DNA from: Coriobacteriaceae bacterium
Lineage (GTDB): Bacteria > Actinomycetota > Coriobacteriia > Anaerosomatales > D1FN1-002
Reading direction: 5' to 3'
NCBI GenBank assembly: GCA_013824215.1
Contig: PNNM01000003.1
Coordinates: 1 to 36,633, forward strand
DNA: 36,633 nucleotides
Numbering within the stretch: position 1 is the first letter of the stretch; each line of letters opens with the position of its first letter. Position numbers and translations under genes: made by a program. Shown in pieces: positions 27,984 through 36,633 of this stretch. The notes under the pieces were generated by a model. The model was not told the DNA's origin. It searched no databases and saw only the letters and a list, made by a program, of their open reading frames with translations.

Positions 27984-28082
27984 GCGCCCACCTCCCTCCG
28001 CCCAGAGTATCGCACAAGTTCCCACGAATGAAAGATTCGTTCACGACCGTTCGGGTGGCCGACGGCTCGGATGTGACGCGGA

Positions 28083-28196
28083 TCACCCACCACCCCGCAG
28101 GTTCCTCGCCATCCTCATATGCAGGATTCCCGAGCGGTGCACGAACTCCTCCCCCTCCCGGACGAAACCCAGGCGCTCGCAGAACCCGCTTGCGCA
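28083..28196 (-). pseudogene. C-terminal remnant of a GNAT acetyltransferase (YjcF/ElaA-like)
   Basis: ASGFCERLGFVREGEEFVHRSGILHMRMARNL resembles A..FYE.LGF...GE.F...GI.H..M; no start or N-terminus. Confidence 0.55.
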
Positions 28197-28266
28197 GCGT
28201 CGCCGCTTGGCCGATAGAGCGCATCGCCGTGGACCGCCCGGCGCAGTTCCGGACCGGACACGGGCG

Positions 28267-29868
28267 TCAGCCCCGGTACGCGTTCGTGACCGGCATCCGC
28301 CTGTCGCGCCCGAAGGCCTTCGGTGTGACACGGATCCCGAGCGGACCCTGCCTGCGCTTGTACTCGGCGGCGTCCACCATGCCGCAGATCCTTGAGACGA
28401 GGTCGGGAGCGAACCCCCGCGCCGCGACCTCGTCGCGCGAGGCGTCCTCTTCCACGTACGCTCGCAGGACCGGATCGAGTTGCTCGTAGGGCGGCAGGCT
28501 GTCGGCATCGGTCTGGTCGGGTCGCAGTTCGGCGCTCGGCGGTTTCGTCATCGTTGCCTCGGGCACCGCCGGACCGCGGCCGTTGCGCCAGCGCGCCAGG
28601 TCGTAGACGCGCGTCTTGAACACGTCCTTGATCGGGGCGAACCCGCCGACCATGTCGCCGTAGAGCGTGGAATACCCCACCGACAGCTCGCTCTTGTTGC
28701 CGGTGGCCAGGACCAGCCAGCCGAACTTGTTCGACAGCGCCATCAGCAGCGTCCCTCGTACGCGGGCCTGGAGGTTCTCCTCGGTGACATCCACGCCGGT
28801 TCCCGCGAACGCCGGGGCGAGGACCTCCTCGAACGCGGCGTGCGGACCCTCGATGGGGATCTCGAGCGCCTCGATGCCGAGGTTCGCCACGAGCTCCCGC
28901 GCGTCGGTCACGGCGCCCTCGGACGAGTGGCGCGACGGCATCAGCACGCCCGTCACGTTCTCCGGACCGAGCGCGTCGGCGGCCAGCGCGGCCGTCAGCG
29001 CCGAGTCGATGCCCCCGGACAGGCCGAGGACGACGCGCCGGAACCCGTTCTTGCGCACGTAGTCCCGCAGGCCGGTCACCAGAGCGGACCAGATCTCCTC
29101 CTCGCCCGTCGTCAGCGGCTCGATCCGCTCGCCGGCGCCGAGGCGCCCGTCCGCGGAGAAGTCGGCGAAGAGCGTCTCCTCGGCGAACCCGCTCGCACGC
29201 GCCACGACCTCGCCGTCGGGCGAGATGAGGCAGGAGCGCCCGTCGAAGACGAGCTCGTCCTGGCCGCCCACGAGGTTGCAGTAGGCGACCCAGACGCCGT
29301 TGTCGAGCGCCCGGCCGCACAGCATCGACTCGCGCTCCGCGCCCTTGCCCGCATGGAACGGCGACGCCGAGATGTTGAGGATGACGCGAGCGCCGAGCCC
29401 GGAAAGCTCGGCAGGGAGCTCAGGTGCCCACACGTCCTCGCACACCGTGAGCGCGTACATCTCGCCCCCGAACTCGACCAGCCCCGGATCGTCGCCCGGC
29501 TGGAACCAGCGCTCCTCGTCGAACACGCCGTAGTTCGGCAGACGGCGCTTGCGGTAGACACGCAGGACCCGGCCGTTGCCGCACAGCGCGGCCGCGTTGT
29601 AGAGCTTCTCCCCGTCGCGATCCACGAAACCGACCACCGTGCTGTGCCTGCTCGCGGCGGCGATGCGCTCGAGCGCGTCGAGGTTGTCCTTCACGAACCT
29701 TTCACGTAGCAGCAGGTCCTCGGGCGGGTACCCGGTGATCGCGAGCTCGGGGAAGAGGATGAAGGTCGCGCCGTCCTGCTCGGCGGCGGCCGCGGCGGCG
29801 GCGATGCGGGTCGCGTTGCCGTCGATGTCGCCGACGGTGGGGTTCGTCTGGACGAGCGCGAGACGCAA
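28267..29868 (-). CDS. nadE: Glutamine-dependent NAD+ synthetase
   Basis: Nitrilase triad FPEL, YRKRRLPNYGVFDE, VCEDVW; LSGGIDS, ENLQAR, TGNKSE, YSTLYGD, PSAEL; TTG start with GGAGG. Confidence 0.95.
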   Translation of the reverse strand: MRLALVQTNPTVGDIDGNATRIAAAAAAAEQDGATFILFPELAITGYPPEDLLLRERFVKDNLDALERIAAASRHSTVVGFVDRDGEKLYNAAALCGNGRVLRVYRKRRLPNYGVFDEERWFQPGDDPGLVEFGGEMYALTVCEDVWAPELPAELSGLGARVILNISASPFHAGKGAERESMLCGRALDNGVWVAYCNLVGGQDELVFDGRSCLISPDGEVVARASGFAEETLFADFSADGRLGAGERIEPLTTGEEEIWSALVTGLRDYVRKNGFRRVVLGLSGGIDSALTAALAADALGPENVTGVLMPSRHSSEGAVTDARELVANLGIEALEIPIEGPHAAFEEVLAPAFAGTGVDVTEENLQARVRGTLLMALSNKFGWLVLATGNKSELSVGYSTLYGDMVGGFAPIKDVFKTRVYDLARWRNGRGPAVPEATMTKPPSAELRPDQTDADSLPPYEQLDPVLRAYVEEDASRDEVAARGFAPDLVSRICGMVDAAEYKRRQGPLGIRVTPKAFGRDRRMPVTNAYRG

Positions 29869-30058
29869 TTGTCGGCCCTCCCTGCCGGGTGCCCGACGAG
29901 CGTAGCACTCGCTCTGCCTGTCGCGGAGTCCGACGGACACGCGACGGACGCGCGCGCGGCAATCCTGAGCGGGTATATAGGGATTGTACGCGAAAGGGGC
30001 CGCGCGGCGTGTGCCCGTGGCCCGGACCTTCACTTCCGAGGAGGTGAGAGAGGTGACG

Positions 30059-30541
30059 ATGTTGGCAAGATGGGAGCCCTTCCGCGACCTGCTGTCTCTG
30101 CAGCGCGATATGGACCGCCTGTTCGGCGCGATCGGCGTGCCGCTCTCGACACGACTCGAGGAGACCACGCCCGCGATGACGATGCCCTCCTGGGACGTCA
30201 TCCGCCGCGGCGACGATCTGCTCGTCCGCGCCGAGTTGCCGGGCGTCCGGCCCGAGCACGTGGACATCTCGGTGACCGACGACATCCTGCGCGTCCGTGG
30301 CGAGCGTCACGAGACGCACGAGACGACCGAGGAGGACTACCTGGTCAAGGAATCCTCGTACGGCCACTTCGAGCGCACGATGCGTCTGCCGGCCTGCGCG
30401 CCGGTCGACAAGATCCGGGCGGAGTACCACGACGGGATCCTCGAGATCGTGATCCCGAAGGCCGCCCCCGAGAGCGTCAAGACACGCAAGATCGAGGTAG
30501 AGGTCCCGGAGCACAAGGCAGCCGAGAAGACGCACCACTAG
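30059..30541 (+). CDS. Hsp20/alpha-crystallin small heat shock protein
   Basis: WEPFRDL, AELPGV, YGHFERTMRLP, AEYHDGILEI. Confidence 0.93.
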   Translation: MLARWEPFRDLLSLQRDMDRLFGAIGVPLSTRLEETTPAMTMPSWDVIRRGDDLLVRAELPGVRPEHVDISVTDDILRVRGERHETHETTEEDYLVKESSYGHFERTMRLPACAPVDKIRAEYHDGILEIVIPKAAPESVKTRKIEVEVPEHKAAEKTHH

Positions 30542-30571
30542 ATCCGGCGGACCGCTCTCGTCCACGGACGC

Positions 30572-30597
30572 GAAAGGCCCGGCGTGCCGGGCCTTTC
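30572..30597. terminator. Bidirectional terminator between convergent hsp20 and wecB
   Basis: GAAAGGCCCGGC-GT-GCCGGGCCTTTC perfect inverted repeat. Confidence 0.75.
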
Positions 30598-30630
30598 CCT
30601 ATGGGCTCGCGGGTCGCGCCCGGCGCGCCG

Positions 30631-31722
30631 TCAGGCCTGCCAGGCGAGTTCGGGCAACATCCGCCCTGCGGCCAGCATGTCGGCGATCCGCTCACCCGCG
30701 CGCCCGTCTCCATACAGGTCCCGGTCCGAGGTCTCGCCGAGCGCCAGCGCGTCCTCGGCCGCCCGCGCGAGCCCCTCGCGCGTGACACCGCCGATGAACG
30801 CCACCCCCGCGCTCACGCCTTCCGGACGCTCGGTCACCTCGCGAAGGACGACGAGCGGCTTTCCGAGAGAGACGGATTCCTCCTGGATCCCGCCCGAATC
30901 GGTGAGGACGACGTCCGCCGAGGCCAGGAGTTGCACGAAGGGCACGTACGTCATCGGCTCGAGCAGCCGGATCCGGTCGGCGTGGCCCAGAGTCTCGCGC
31001 GCGCGACTCTGCAGCGCCGGATTCGGATGCATCACGAAATCCACGTGCAGGTCCGGCTCGGCGTCGGCGAGGTCCGCCACGCCCAGGCACAGGTCCTCGA
31101 ACTCCCCGCCCCAGGACTCACGGCGGTGTATGGTCACGAGCGCCCGCCTCGTTCCCGGCTCGCGTCCGGACGCCGCGCCCCCCGCGAAGCGGCGCACCGC
31201 GTCGACGACGGTGTTGCCGACGACCACGATGCGCGCGGGGTCCACGTTCTCGGCCAGCAGCCGCCTCCGCGCGAGCTCCGTCGGCGCGAAGTGCATTCGC
31301 GCGATCCCGCCGACGAGGCGCCGGTTGCCCTCTTCCGGGAAGGGGCGCGTGAGGTCCCCCGTGCGCAAGCCGGCCTCGACGTGCGCCACTGGGAGTCGGC
31401 GGTAGAAGCCGGCAAGAGCGCCCGCGAGCACGCTCGTCGTGTCGCCCTGCACGACCACGGCCTCCGCCCCGATGCGGCGAAGCCACGCGTCCGCACCCTG
31501 CACGGCGCGGCCGAGCAGTTCGGACGGGTGATCGCACTGGATACCGAGGTCCTCGTCGACCGGGATGCCGAGCTCGGCGCACAGGTCGTGCGCGAACGTG
31601 CCGTGCTGTCCGGTGAGAAGGGTCCGCACCGACCGCGCCGGATGACGGTCCTGGAGCGCCCAGACGACCGGTGCGAGCTTGATGATCTCGGGCCTGGTGC
31701 CCATCACGACCGCGATGCTCAC
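30631..31722 (-). CDS. wecB: UDP-N-acetylglucosamine 2-epimerase (non-hydrolysing)
   Basis: GTRPEIIK, TGQH, QGDT, HVEAGLR, PFPEEGNR, HRRE, TDSGGIQEE, TERPE, YGDG. Confidence 0.93.
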   Translation of the reverse strand: MSIAVVMGTRPEIIKLAPVVWALQDRHPARSVRTLLTGQHGTFAHDLCAELGIPVDEDLGIQCDHPSELLGRAVQGADAWLRRIGAEAVVVQGDTTSVLAGALAGFYRRLPVAHVEAGLRTGDLTRPFPEEGNRRLVGGIARMHFAPTELARRRLLAENVDPARIVVVGNTVVDAVRRFAGGAASGREPGTRRALVTIHRRESWGGEFEDLCLGVADLADAEPDLHVDFVMHPNPALQSRARETLGHADRIRLLEPMTYVPFVQLLASADVVLTDSGGIQEESVSLGKPLVVLREVTERPEGVSAGVAFIGGVTREGLARAAEDALALGETSDRDLYGDGRAGERIADMLAAGRMLPELAWQA

Positions 31723-31824
31723 GAGAGACGTCCACCCTCCTGCCACGCAACACCGATCCGGCACGAGGATGGTACCTGAACTCGGGACCTCGGCACACCG
31801 CCCGCCCGCGGGGGGTAGGGCTTG

Positions 31825-31860
31825 GCGGGGGGTCCGGACCGTCCGGTCCGGACCCCCCGC
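31825..31860. repeat. Perfect 17-bp inverted repeat built from two GGTCCGGACC palindromes
   Basis: GCGGGGGGTCCGGACCG-TC-CGGTCCGGACCCCCCGC. Confidence 0.9.
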
Positions 31861-31894
31861 ATCGTGCCACCCCGGCTCCCTGCGGCAGGAGAGG

Positions 31895-32410
31895 TCAGTA
31901 CGTCGGGATGGGCACGAAGATGATGGTCGTCGACTGCACGAGCGTCGCGTCGATGCCGTAACTGCTGCCGGGGGCCATGGCCAGTGTGGTGGAACCTGTG
32001 ACGGGGACGCCGCCCACGTTCGCCGTGAGCGTCACCGTGTACGTGTCGGCGCCGTCCTTCCACCGGAATCTGAACGTGCCGTCGGCGGCGGTCGTACCCG
32101 ATTGGACCACCGCACCGGAGGAGTCGCGCACCTCGACCGCGGCCCCGCTCACCGGCTGCCCGGACTCGTCGACCAGCGAGCCGTAGCACACGATGAACTG
32201 CGGGTTGTCGGCGGGTTTCGCGGTGGCGGTGCGGACGACGATCTCGGAGCCCGCCGGCAGGAACACGCCGAGGGCGAGGACGAGGAGCACGATGCCCGAG
32301 AGCACCGTGACCGCCACGTCCTCGGCGAGCGGGAACGCCGTGAGATGCGGACGGCGGGACGGCCGAGGGGCGGCGGCGCGGCGGCGCGCTCCGGAGCGAC
32401 GGCTCTCCAT
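31895..32410 (-). CDS. Membrane-anchored protein with carboxypeptidase-regulatory-like beta-sandwich domain
   Basis: TM segment, then GSLVDESGQPVSGAAVEV...TTAADGTF; TGATG coupling to GT2. Confidence 0.75.
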   Translation of the reverse strand: MESRRSGARRRAAAPRPSRRPHLTAFPLAEDVAVTVLSGIVLLVLALGVFLPAGSEIVVRTATAKPADNPQFIVCYGSLVDESGQPVSGAAVEVRDSSGAVVQSGTTAADGTFRFRWKDGADTYTVTLTANVGGVPVTGSTTLAMAPGSSYGIDATLVQSTTIIFVPIPTY

Positions 32411-33708
32411 CACACGGCCGCTTCCGACTTCACGCGCCGGGTCTTGGACCACGAGCCGCGACGGAGCGCCATGCGCGTCCACGCCCAGACCGTGGCCACG
32501 AACCAGCAGTACGTGTAGCAGGCGAAGATGATCGAGTACGCGGGCAGCCACCGCGCCGGCAAGGGGACCTGCGCGCGCATCTGGTACGTGAGCAGGAACA
32601 CCCAGAGCGGCCCGAAGGAAAGCACCAGCGTGACGAGGTTGCGCACCACGCCGGGTGGCAGCCAGACGAGCAGCGAGGAGTGCAGCGTGGCCAGGCCGAC
32701 GAAGCTCAGGATGCTGAAGAACATCCCGATCGTGACGAGGACCACGAACACGACGAGCACGAGATAGAGCGACAGGTCGATACGCGTGCGCAGCGGGACC
32801 CGATGGCGGCGGTTCAGCACGGGCAGATGCCGCCAGCACTGGTAGTGGCCCTGGATCCAGCGTGTGCGCTGCCTGAACAGCGCCTTGAGGCCGGTGACCG
32901 CCTGCTGGGCGACGTACGCACGCGGGCAGAAACGGATCCGCCAGCCCTCGCCCACCAGGGACAGGCCGAGATCGAGATCCTCGGTGAGACACTCGGTCCA
33001 CGGCGCGTGCCCGAGGGACAGCAGCGCCGAGAGCCGGGTGAACTGGCCGTTGCCGCCCAACCCCACCGAGCCGAACGCGTCGCGGGCCTCCTGCACGAAC
33101 GCGGAGAAACCGACGAACTCGATGTCCTGCATGAGCGTGAGGATGTTCGTGTTGGCGTTGGCGATGCGCACACCGATCTGCACACCGCCGACGTCGGGCT
33201 CGGCGAAGTACGGGGAGACCGCTGAGAGCGTCTGGGCCTCGAGCTGCCCGTCGGCGTCCACGATGCAGATGAGCACGTCCTCGGGACCACGTCCCTCGAG
33301 GATCGGGTGCCGCTGCGCCACCATGTCCAGGATGACCTCGCAGGCGTGGTTGAGCACGGCGCCCTTGCCGCGGCCCGCCACGTCCGCCCCGCGGTCCACG
33401 ACGAGCACCTCGCTGTGGGCGTCGGCATACTCGTGGGCGATACGGCTCGTCGCGTCCTGAGAGCCGTCGTTCATGATGAGCACGGTGCGGTGCGGGTACT
33501 CCTGGCGCAGGAGGGACTCGATCGTGTGAGCGATCACGTCCTCCTCGTTGTGGGCGGGGACCACGACGAACACGAACGGCCGGTAGCCTGTGTCCCGCAC
33601 GTTCGGGCCGAACATGCGGCGCAGCACGAGGTGGACGAACAGGAACATGTAGTAGACCACCACCGTGGCCACCAGACCGTTCAGCCATGTCAGTTCGATG
33701 TGCCACAT
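32410..33708 (-). CDS. Processive GT2 glycosyltransferase (cellulose synthase/PgaC-like)
   Basis: PAHNE, NDGS, GKGAVLN, DADG, TED, QRTRW; N- and C-terminal TM segments. Confidence 0.92.
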   Translation of the reverse strand: MWHIELTWLNGLVATVVVYYMFLFVHLVLRRMFGPNVRDTGYRPFVFVVVPAHNEEDVIAHTIESLLRQEYPHRTVLIMNDGSQDATSRIAHEYADAHSEVLVVDRGADVAGRGKGAVLNHACEVILDMVAQRHPILEGRGPEDVLICIVDADGQLEAQTLSAVSPYFAEPDVGGVQIGVRIANANTNILTLMQDIEFVGFSAFVQEARDAFGSVGLGGNGQFTRLSALLSLGHAPWTECLTEDLDLGLSLVGEGWRIRFCPRAYVAQQAVTGLKALFRQRTRWIQGHYQCWRHLPVLNRRHRVPLRTRIDLSLYLVLVVFVVLVTIGMFFSILSFVGLATLHSSLLVWLPPGVVRNLVTLVLSFGPLWVFLLTYQMRAQVPLPARWLPAYSIIFACYTYCWFVATVWAWTRMALRRGSWSKTRRVKSEAAV

Positions 33709-33749
33709 GACGGCGCTTCAGACTCCCACGAGTCGACGGCTGCGCGGCC

Positions 33750-35510
33750 CTAGGGGGCCACGTTCAGCCACACTCCGTTGGATGCGATGCCCTGCTTGAC
33801 CACGCCGAGGTAGCCCGAGGGAGCTCCGGGCGGGATGCGGGCGAGGATCGAGTCATCGCTCCAGCTGACGACCTCGCACGGGTATGCGGCGGCGATGACG
33901 GCGACGCTGCCCGGACCCGCCGTGCCGAATCCGGTCCCGCTGACGGCCACCTGCTGCCCGGGCGCCACCTGTGTGGCGTCCACGCTCGAGATGCGGGCGG
34001 GGGTCTCCACCACGAAGTAGATGCCGTTCGACGAGGACCCGGGCGTCCCGACGCCGACGTAGCCGGACGTCGCGCCCGCGGGAACCTGCACGCGCACGAC
34101 CGAGCCCGACCAGCCGACGACCGGGGCGCTCACGCCGCTGAAGGTGACGCGCTTGTCACCCTGCGTCGCGCCGAAACCCTCGCCGGTCAGCACGAGTTCG
34201 CTGCCCGGCTCGCCCCACCAGGCAGACAGCCCGCTCAGACGGGGCGAAACGCTCACGAACACGCCGTTCGAGGTCAGTCCGCCGCGCACCACGCCCGCGT
34301 AACCGCTCCGCGCATCCGAAGGCACCACGAAGGCCACGCGGCCGCCCGACCAGGACTCGACCTCGACCGGTACACCGCCGAGCACGACCTGGCCGGGCTC
34401 GGATCCGAAGTCCCTGCCCGTGAGCACCACGCGTTCGCCCACGAGCACGTGGCGCGATGAGACCGAATCGACGACCGGGTGCCCGTATGGGGTGAAGAAG
34501 ACGCCGTTCGAGCTCATCCCACGCGCGACCACGCCCACGTACCCCGGCGTGACGCCCCGCGGGACTACGACCGCGATCCGGGTGTCCGACCAGGAGAGCA
34601 CCTGCCCGGCCAAGCCGCCGAACGAGACCCAGCCGTCCACCTGCGTGGCGCCGAATCCACTGCCCTCGAGCGTGGCGACGGTCCCGGCCCCACCCTCGCG
34701 AGGCGAGATGGACGTCACCGCCGGTGTCGCGTGCGGGACGAAATACAGACCGTTGGATGTGACCCCGCCCACGACCACGCCGACGTACCCGGGGCGGACA
34801 GCGCCGTCCGGCACGACGAAGGAGACCGCCGTATCCGACCAAGACACGACATCCGCGCGTGCGCCACACACGGCCACCCAGCTGTCACGCTGCTCAGCGC
34901 CGAAGCCCCGTCCATCGACCGTGACGTTCGCCCCGGGGGGCGCCGCATAGGTGGAGAGCGACTGTGCGACGGCACCGGTCAGAGAGGTCCGGGTGACCGG
35001 CAGGGCGCTGACCGTACCGCGCGCGACGACGCGGTCGACGGCCACGACCGCTGCGCCTCTCTTCGGCACCACGACCAGGCGCACCGACTCCTGCCCGCTG
35101 GCGCCGATCCGCTCGGCCGCGCCCTCGCTGACCGACGCGAGAACGCGCCTGCCGACGAGGCGGTTCGAGTTGTCGGTGTAGGGCCCGCCCCTCATGGCGC
35201 TCGGCGCGCCCGACGACGCGCTGACCGGATCGAGGAGTTCGGCGGAGGTGATCCGCGCGTCCAGCGTGCGCCGGGCCGAATCCCTCCAGCCCATGACGTC
35301 GATGACGGCCAGGTAGGTCTGGGGGACCTTCAGCCCGTCGAGGTCGATGTAGAGCGAGACCGAGTCCGCCGAGTCCCCGGGAGCGGATGGCCGCGCGGAG
35401 GAAACGCCCACGTCGAACGCGAGCGGGATGTAGGCGACGGTGATCACGGCCGCCGCGAACACGACCGCGAAGACGTGAAGTCCGAGCGGTCTGTCCGACC
35501 GCTTCGACAT
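33750..35510 (-). CDS. Exported protein with five IPT/TIG repeats
   Basis: Signal/TM, then five ~80-aa repeats G..FG...SWS...VP....GY.GV....SNG. Confidence 0.85.
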   Translation of the reverse strand: MSKRSDRPLGLHVFAVVFAAAVITVAYIPLAFDVGVSSARPSAPGDSADSVSLYIDLDGLKVPQTYLAVIDVMGWRDSARRTLDARITSAELLDPVSASSGAPSAMRGGPYTDNSNRLVGRRVLASVSEGAAERIGASGQESVRLVVVPKRGAAVVAVDRVVARGTVSALPVTRTSLTGAVAQSLSTYAAPPGANVTVDGRGFGAEQRDSWVAVCGARADVVSWSDTAVSFVVPDGAVRPGYVGVVVGGVTSNGLYFVPHATPAVTSISPREGGAGTVATLEGSGFGATQVDGWVSFGGLAGQVLSWSDTRIAVVVPRGVTPGYVGVVARGMSSNGVFFTPYGHPVVDSVSSRHVLVGERVVLTGRDFGSEPGQVVLGGVPVEVESWSGGRVAFVVPSDARSGYAGVVRGGLTSNGVFVSVSPRLSGLSAWWGEPGSELVLTGEGFGATQGDKRVTFSGVSAPVVGWSGSVVRVQVPAGATSGYVGVGTPGSSSNGIYFVVETPARISSVDATQVAPGQQVAVSGTGFGTAGPGSVAVIAAAYPCEVVSWSDDSILARIPPGAPSGYLGVVKQGIASNGVWLNVAP

Positions 35511-35678
35511 GGAGCCCCCTCCTGCCGCTACGCCAGGGGTACGTTGCCGTGTGTATCGGCAGACGGAGCTGCCGGCATGAGCCGTGATGTGCCGTCCGTC
35601 ACATACCGGCGACACCGCGTGGACGCCCGAGATGGCGCGCCGGGAAGGACCCGATCCGGGAACGCGACCGCGGAGACC

Positions 35679-36632
35679 CTACTCCCCCATAGCCGCCTTC
35701 ATCTGCGAGACCACGCCTTCGGACACCGCCCCCGTGCCGCCGACGATGTGGACGGTCGAGATGCCGCCCTTGTTCGCGGACAGCCGGGATGAGGTGGAAG
35801 GCGGCAAGGACGACGAACGGCACAACAGCATGACGCTGCCGAAGGAACCGCACATCGCGCCCCCGGACAGCGCGTCGGGGAAGTTCTGGCCGGTGGTGAC
35901 CGCCAGCGCATCCCACTGCAGCCCCGCCGAGACGCCGTACTCGGCCACGAGGGACGCCGTCTCGAAGCGGTCCGCGCCGCCCCGTCTGATGACGTTCGAC
36001 GCGCCGAGCCGCGACTTGAGCGTGCTCTCCACACGGGACGGCACCGCGGCCGTCCCGCCGAGGATGACGGCGCTTCGCGCGGATGAAGGCACGTACACGG
36101 CGCTCGACCCCGGGTTCGCGAGGATGACCGGGCGTCCCTTCGCCGCCGCGATCGGCGATGCGGCAAGCGCATCGGGGTAGTTGTCGCCCGTGGCGACGAG
36201 GATCACCCCGTCGAAAGCGCTGCCCTGCAGTGACAGCACCTTGTTGGCGACGAGCCGGGCTGTGACGTAGCGGTCGGGACCGCCGAGCCGCTCGACCGCC
36301 GCCGACCCCAGCGCGGCCTTGAGGCTGCTCTCCACCCCGGATCCCACAGCGCTCCTGCCGCCGAGGATGTAGGCCTTCTTCGCCCCGAGGCGGCGGATCT
36401 CCGCCAACACAGGCGCCGGCAGCGAACCAGTGTCCGTCAGCAACAGCGGGCCGTCCACCACGCCGGCGAGAGCGGAGCCCCCGAGCGCGTCGGGCCAGTT
36501 GCGCCCGGTGGCGATGACCACCGTGCCCGCCCCGCCGGAGAAGCCGCGCTTCGAAGCCTCGATCGCGGTGGCGAACCGGTTCTCTCCCTGCACGCGCACC
36601 CAGTTGCGTGCTCCGGTCGGAGGCGGTGGAGG
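35679..36632 (-). CDS. Cell-wall-binding repeat 2 (CWB2) protein, C-terminal part (5' end outside window)
   Basis: Three repeats R..G.DR..TA...ATG.N(W/Y/F)PDAL...ILGG..AV, preceded by a PPPPP linker. Confidence 0.9.
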   Translation of the reverse strand, partial: PPPPPTGARNWVRVQGENRFATAIEASKRGFSGGAGTVVIATGRNWPDALGGSALAGVVDGPLLLTDTGSLPAPVLAEIRRLGAKKAYILGGRSAVGSGVESSLKAALGSAAVERLGGPDRYVTARLVANKVLSLQGSAFDGVILVATGDNYPDALAASPIAAAKGRPVILANPGSSAVYVPSSARSAVILGGTAAVPSRVESTLKSRLGASNVIRRGGADRFETASLVAEYGVSAGLQWDALAVTTGQNFPDALSGGAMCGSFGSVMLLCRSSSLPPSTSSRLSANKGGISTVHIVGGTGAVSEGVVSQMKAAMGE

Positions 36633-36633
36633 T

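Noticed and set aside
29870-30050. Further ANTAR hairpins, NAD riboswitch, or CIRCE/HAIR element between nadE and hsp20
   Set aside because: No paired hexaloops and no match to those consensus sequences; only a weak CAATCC...GGATTG inverted repeat and -10-like boxes
1245-33706. Many long antisense or alternate-frame ORFs (e.g. 1245..3044, 12240..13925, 23091..24623, 29869..31779)
   Set aside because: Shadow ORFs expected at ~70% GC; they overlap well-supported genes and have Arg/Ala/Pro-rich composition without motifs
1-36633. CRISPR array, IS element or prophage
   Set aside because: No regularly spaced repeats, transposase, integrase or phage genes seen

Overview
High-GC (~70%) bacterial window, probably from an anaerobic actinobacterium such as Coriobacteriia (inferred from PdtaS/PdtaR, CWB2 anchors and a leaderless-type promoter). 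Left to right: (1) a ~7 kb signalling block (two PAS histidine kinases, two receivers, a REC-HD-GYP protein) bracketed by a ~386-bp diverged duplication of the 3' half of a glutamate synthase GXGXG subunit gene; (2) a minus-strand operon of archaeal-style split glutamate synthase (three subunits, no gltD in the window) headed by an HdrB-HdrC-like fusion, whose leader has a dual-hexaloop ANTAR target overlapping an intrinsic terminator; (3) a B12 radical SAM plus a degenerate radical SAM, a metallophosphoesterase, VapBC, the ANTAR two-component pair PdtaS/PdtaR, tRNA-Leu(CAA) and a DUF4258/YgiT pair; (4) an MFS transporter, a lipoprotein and a carbon-metabolism run (aldolase, accD, accA, PPi-type pfk, lsrF, Zn-dehydrogenase); (5) nadE, hsp20 and a cell-surface cluster (wecB, GT2, IPT/TIG protein, CWB2 protein). 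The best candidate for a new system is an ANTAR-antiterminated HdrBC-fusion/split glutamate synthase operon with its probable regulator about 4 kb away. All calls are by eye; no searches were run.
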